A stretch of DNA of 29,406 nt, taken from the IMG/VR virus record IMGVR_UViG_3300044724_000096, positions 1 through 29,406 of that record. The stretch is one strand, 5' to 3'. The stretch is from a virus (lineage: Duplodnaviria; Caudoviricetes). Within the stretch, counting starts at the first letter, position 1. Every line of letters starts with the position of its first letter. Position numbers and translations under genes: made by a program. Below are positions 25,457-29,406 of the stretch, one piece after another. Under the pieces are notes generated by a model. It saw only the letters and a program-made list of their open reading frames with translations, had not been told where the DNA came from and made no database searches.

Positions 25457-25646
25457 TTACCTTGACGCCATTGCCTCCGAACAACCGAACCAGTTCGTCG
25501 GCGCTTTCTTCGGTCTCGCGTAGTACATCTTCGTCATTGGTTAGCGCTGCTAAGTTAAGGGCTTCACCCACAAAATCCATAAGGGCTTGTACCTGCATAC
25601 GATGCATGTCTTTCAGTCCAAGTGTTGGTATGTCTGGATCGATCAT
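25440..25646 (-). CDS. Small acidic hypothetical protein
   Basis: ATG at 25646 overlaps the polymerase stop (ATGA). 68 aa, MIDPDIPTLG... Its 3' end overlaps the convergent gene by 17 nt. Confidence 0.6.
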   Translation of the reverse strand: MIDPDIPTLGLKDMHRMQVQALMDFVGEALNLAALTNDEDVLRETEESADELVRLFGGNGVKVTIETL

Positions 25647-27544
25647 TCTATTTCTCCCCAATCCGTTTTAATGTCTACGTCGATTTTAGATGGAACTTTG
25701 AGCGGTATGCCTGTCTCCATGATCTCCTTTATCCTAGCTGCCTGATCGTCACTTTCTATGTTAAAGCATAGCTCATCGTGTACCGTGAGCATAGGGGTAA
25801 GCCCCTCGTTGTAACAATCCAGCATGGCCTTCTTGGTTTGGTCGGCTGCTGATCCTTGGATCAAACGGTTGAGCGCCTTGTATGTAAAGGCTCGTTTGAT
25901 GTCCTTCCCATACTCCTTCTGTGCTTCGTCGTGAGATAGAGGTTTGCCTACTCCAAACTTGTTGGGCTCCCACAGTGGGAACCTGCACTTACGGCCCAGT
26001 AGAGTTCGTATCTGACCGTTCTTGTCAGCCTGCTTGGTTGCCATGTCCGCAAGTTGCTTAACAAACGGAACCTTGCTGCGGTGCTGAGAGATTAAATCCT
26101 TGGCGTCCTGTGCAGGGATGCCCAACTGGTCTGCCAGCTTGGCTACCCCCATGCCGTACATGATCCCAAGGTTCACGGTCTTTGCCTGCTTGCGTGTAAT
26201 GCCTGCCAGATCGGCAACCATCTGGTGTAGGTCAACGTCCCCTCGATTGAACTCATCGACCACATCGTCCACGACATGGCTCCGGATTGAAGACGGTACG
26301 CTTGCAGCAAAGTGAACCAAGAGCCTCGGTTCTTGGCTTGAATAGTCAAACGATCCCCACTGCATACCCTCTTCTGGTATAAACAATCCGCGGATCAACT
26401 TCTTGATGTCGGGATCTCGGGCAGGGATTTGCTGGAGGTTGGGGTTGGACGACGAAAATCGCCCAGTCACAGTCCCACCTTCGTCTCGTCGTGTCGAGTG
26501 CAGTTCCGTATGGATGCGTCCGTTGTGCTCGTGCCGCAGGATGCTGTCAATAAACGTGGCGTCAGCCTTATCAAACTCCCGCAGCTTAACTAGCTGTTGA
26601 CATATCTCGGCGGGGTGTTCGTTCAGGAATGACTTGGTGAAGGATGGCGCACCTTTCTCCGTGGTAAGGTATTCCATACCTAGCTTGTCGAACATCTTCT
26701 GGATCGATGCCGATGCCCAGATGTCCACCTCCATGCCAGCCTCTTTCTCGATCTTGCCACGCAATAGCTTCGACTGCTTACGGATCAGCTTCTTATTCTG
26801 CTCCGCCTTGTCCAAGTCTACGCGTACACCATTGGTTCGCATGTCGAGCATACAACGGATCAAACCGTTTTCGATATCCCAGATGTGCCAGAGTTCCTCC
26901 TCTTCCAGCTTGACCTTCAAGGCTTGCCATAGTTTGAGCGTAGCCACGGCATCCTGCTCGGCATAGGCCCCGACATATTTAGGGGGCAGCTTGTACATAC
27001 CAGACTTGGGATCCACGCCCCACTCTTTTGCCGCCGCCTGTAGCAGGCGCTCGTTCTTACGCAGAGACACATAGTCCCGAGCCATAGCATCAAGGCCAAA
27101 GGACCAGCGGTTCTCATTAACCAAGGCCCCTGTAATCATAGTGTCGATGATCCGACCCTTGATCTCTATGCCCTCGGCCCTCATCCAACCCGCATCGTAT
27201 GTTGCGTTGTGCATGATCACGTTCATATCGGGAACGGACATCTGCTTCTTGAGCCACCGCAAGGTGAACTTGGGGTCAAGGTTGTGGGAGTTTTCATGGC
27301 GGATCGGGAAGTACCCTTTGTATTCCCCTGCGGCTACCGCAATGCCAATGATGTGCCCATCCTTTCGCGCCCATCCCGGGCCCAAGGTTTTGATGTTGGG
27401 GTCAAAGGTTTCCAGATCCACAGCCACTTCACTGTACCCTGTAAGATCAGGATACTCGGGTGGGATGTTCCAGTCCGCGTCGATCAAGTCCAACTCGTTC
27501 TTAATCTGGTGGTGGAGATCACTCCCGAATAGATTTTTTTGCAT
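25643..27544 (-). CDS. polA: DNA polymerase family A with 3'-5' exonuclease domain
   Basis: ExoI VDLET, ExoII HNATYD, ExoIII YAEQD; TGRFSSSNPNLQQIP; motif A DYSSQEPR; motif B RKQAKTVNLGIMYG; IQGSAAD; motif C VHDE. Confidence 0.97.
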   Translation of the reverse strand: MQKNLFGSDLHHQIKNELDLIDADWNIPPEYPDLTGYSEVAVDLETFDPNIKTLGPGWARKDGHIIGIAVAAGEYKGYFPIRHENSHNLDPKFTLRWLKKQMSVPDMNVIMHNATYDAGWMRAEGIEIKGRIIDTMITGALVNENRWSFGLDAMARDYVSLRKNERLLQAAAKEWGVDPKSGMYKLPPKYVGAYAEQDAVATLKLWQALKVKLEEEELWHIWDIENGLIRCMLDMRTNGVRVDLDKAEQNKKLIRKQSKLLRGKIEKEAGMEVDIWASASIQKMFDKLGMEYLTTEKGAPSFTKSFLNEHPAEICQQLVKLREFDKADATFIDSILRHEHNGRIHTELHSTRRDEGGTVTGRFSSSNPNLQQIPARDPDIKKLIRGLFIPEEGMQWGSFDYSSQEPRLLVHFAASVPSSIRSHVVDDVVDEFNRGDVDLHQMVADLAGITRKQAKTVNLGIMYGMGVAKLADQLGIPAQDAKDLISQHRSKVPFVKQLADMATKQADKNGQIRTLLGRKCRFPLWEPNKFGVGKPLSHDEAQKEYGKDIKRAFTYKALNRLIQGSAADQTKKAMLDCYNEGLTPMLTVHDELCFNIESDDQAARIKEIMETGIPLKVPSKIDVDIKTDWGEIE

Positions 27545-27869
27545 CTTTATTTCCCATAAACAACTTCAATCGTTCTTGTATTTCGCTCTCACGATCCCCG
27601 CACTCCGCACCCAGTGCCGAATACCCAGCCTTGTCTACCCAAGAGTCTTCGTGGCTAAGATCATTCAGCAACCGAGCCGTCTTGACCCAGTCCATCATCA
27701 ACGCAACATGTTGCGGGGTGACGTAACCATTGGTGCACTGTGCCTCTTTGATTATGAGGTTCCACCCATCAGAAATGCGAGTGAAATTCTCGTATGCATC
27801 ACCGTAATCCTTGGCCCTCTGACCATTAATAGTTTTCTTAGCCTCGTCTAAAACCTTATCTCTCTTCAT
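27519..27869 (-). CDS. DUF6378-like phage protein
   Basis: ATG 27869 follows GAGGA and is preferred over 27962. Pattern RAKDYGD..ENF.RI...W...VALMM..VK.ARL....EDSWVDKAGY. Confidence 0.72.
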   Translation of the reverse strand: MKRDKVLDEAKKTINGQRAKDYGDAYENFTRISDGWNLIIKEAQCTNGYVTPQHVALMMDWVKTARLLNDLSHEDSWVDKAGYSALGAECGDRESEIQERLKLFMGNKDAKKSIRE

Positions 27870-27873
27870 ACCG

Positions 27874-28200
27874 TTATCCTCTAAACAAGTTGCTTTTCCA
27901 TTGACATACCTTGTCAATGTGTGTGTGGCGTGTAGTAGGACGTACCATTCCCACCTTCTCAACCCACCCTAACTTTCGCAGAGATGCCATCATAGCCCCC
28001 CAAACATTATGATGGTGAGGATCTTTCATCCCTTGCGACCTACAAAACGCACAAATCTTTCCGCCCTCAACAAACTCGTGCTCGGACAAATACTTGGCTG
28101 CGTTGTCGTAGTATTCCTGTTTCCATTCGTCGTTCGCATGGACGTAGGCTCGTTCGATTTCAGCTTCGATAAAATCAAAGCGCTCTTGCTCAATTGTCAT
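27874..28200 (-). CDS. Hypothetical protein (possible winged-helix / nucleic acid binding)
   Basis: 108 aa, ATGA-coupled to the helicase, contains PHHHNVWGAMMASLRKLGWVEKVG. Confidence 0.65.
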   Translation of the reverse strand: MTIEQERFDFIEAEIERAYVHANDEWKQEYYDNAAKYLSEHEFVEGGKICAFCRSQGMKDPHHHNVWGAMMASLRKLGWVEKVGMVRPTTRHTHIDKVCQWKSNLFRG

Positions 28201-29406
28201 ATCGTATACCTGTATCTATAGTCACTTTGTAAGACCCACAGGTTGTGTCGTGCTCGCGTGACGCCAACGTAAAACACCCTGTGCTCATCGTCTTGGTGCT
28301 CGCTCTGGGTCGCTGCTTTCGTAGAGGCAGTGTACACCACAACGTTATCGTCCTCTCCCCCCTTCATAGCATGGAAGGTGGACAATTTTATACGAGGCTC
28401 GGACATCAAATCGTCACCTCTTCTCTCCATCGCGTCGATGTAATCACGGTCCTCTGGGGACACACGCATAACATCATACGCACTCGTCTCTGCGCCAACC
28501 ACCAACCCGTATTGAAGCTGCAAAATCTCCATGTCTAACGTCGCGTCGGACGGTAACAGATCCAGCATCTGCCTACTGTTGCGCTTCACAACCTTGTTTT
28601 TCCCCTGCTTTGGAACGGCCTCGTATAGATCCTTGATCCTTTGTACGCCCACTTCCCTGTCGGCACACAGATCGTCCCATGTTTGCAGGTTAGCTACCAG
28701 TTCAAGAGATATGCTTGGCCTTCCTTTCACAGAATACTTGAAACCCGAGCGCCGTATATACTTAGCCATGTCACGCACCATGGAGTTCGTTCTTGCCATG
28801 AGCGTCCACGAACCCTCGTGCAACGGAATGTCCTGCATGTGGTGAACATACTCAACCGTCCCTTCTTCGTCTCGGGGCTTAAACATCTTGAGGTGACGGT
28901 CCTCGATCCTGTGTGCAATGGTTCTCGCCACTCGCCACACCGACTTTGGAATGCGGTAGCTTTGCTGCAAGACCGTGATGTTCTCGGAGCTATTGTTAAA
29001 CAGCTTAACATCTACGCCCGTCCACCTGTGAATGGCTTGGTCATCATCCCCTGCGATGTAAACTTTGTCCGAGCGTTCCGATATCTTAGCTGCCATGTGC
29101 CACTGCAATGGCGTGAAATCTTGGGCCTCATCAATGAACAGATAGTCTAGGTGGGGCGGCTCTCCGACCTCGATGTACTTCTCGATCATGTCCACAAAGT
29201 CAAACTTCTCCGTGGCAATCTTGTACTCAATCATCTGTTGGTTCAATTGCTCCAACTTTGGAAAGTACAAGTCCCTGTTCGCAGCCTCGTTAAACTCCAC
29301 GTCCAGACTAACCATGCGCAGCCGCGCTCGATTAACCATCTGAAGATAGTCTGCTCCCTCTCCAGCTTTAAAGTTAGGCATCAGTATACCCTCGTCCAAA
29401 CTGGCA
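28197..29406 (-). CDS. uvrD: UvrD/Rep-like superfamily 1 helicase (5' partial)
   Basis: Walker B FIDEAQD, GDDDQAI, LQQSYR, ARTN, STFHAMKGGE and RVFYVGVTRAR. The frame stays open to the window edge and Walker A is not in the window. Confidence 0.92.
   Translation of the reverse strand, partial: ASLDEGILMPNFKAGEGADYLQMVNRARLRMVSLDVEFNEAANRDLYFPKLEQLNQQMIEYKIATEKFDFVDMIEKYIEVGEPPHLDYLFIDEAQDFTPLQWHMAAKISERSDKVYIAGDDDQAIHRWTGVDVKLFNNSSENITVLQQSYRIPKSVWRVARTIAHRIEDRHLKMFKPRDEEGTVEYVHHMQDIPLHEGSWTLMARTNSMVRDMAKYIRRSGFKYSVKGRPSISLELVANLQTWDDLCADREVGVQRIKDLYEAVPKQGKNKVVKRNSRQMLDLLPSDATLDMEILQLQYGLVVGAETSAYDVMRVSPEDRDYIDAMERRGDDLMSEPRIKLSTFHAMKGGEDDNVVVYTASTKAATQSEHQDDEHRVFYVGVTRARHNLWVLQSDYRYRYTI

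Noticed and set aside
27141-27851. 236-aa plus-strand ORF
   Set aside because: It is antisense to polA and the DUF6378-like gene, both of which have clear conserved motifs.

Overview
This is a 29.4-kb fragment of a tailed dsDNA bacteriophage (Caudoviricetes). Its gene content is podovirus-like and typical of marine phages; an alphaproteobacterial host is an inference only. Positions 1-25456 (+) form one tightly packed virion morphogenesis block. In order it holds a Mu gpT-like major capsid protein, putative capsid accessory proteins, a cluster of tiny very basic proteins, two head-tail adaptor-like genes and a 1153-aa YadA-repeat tail fibre. These are followed by a cassette of three paralogous beta-propeller-repeat proteins with a coiled-coil partner, further fibre genes, a nozzle-like gene and four putative internal/ejection proteins. 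Positions 25440-29406 (-) form a convergent replication block: family A DNA polymerase (Leu762 type), a DUF6378-like protein, hypotheticals and a UvrD-like helicase cut by the window edge. No rRNA, tRNA, CRISPR array, integrase, terminase, portal or endolysin was recognised. Four signals stand out. (1) The 160-nt gap after the capsid gene holds a candidate anti-Shine-Dalgarno (CCUCCUCCC) small RNA, a terminator, and a candidate pseudoknot that masks the next RBS. (2) A double-glycine motif is shared by basic and internal proteins. (3) The triple-propeller cassette may be a receptor-binding module. (4) Short motifs are re-used among different structural proteins. All product calls come from motif recognition and synteny by eye, without database searches.
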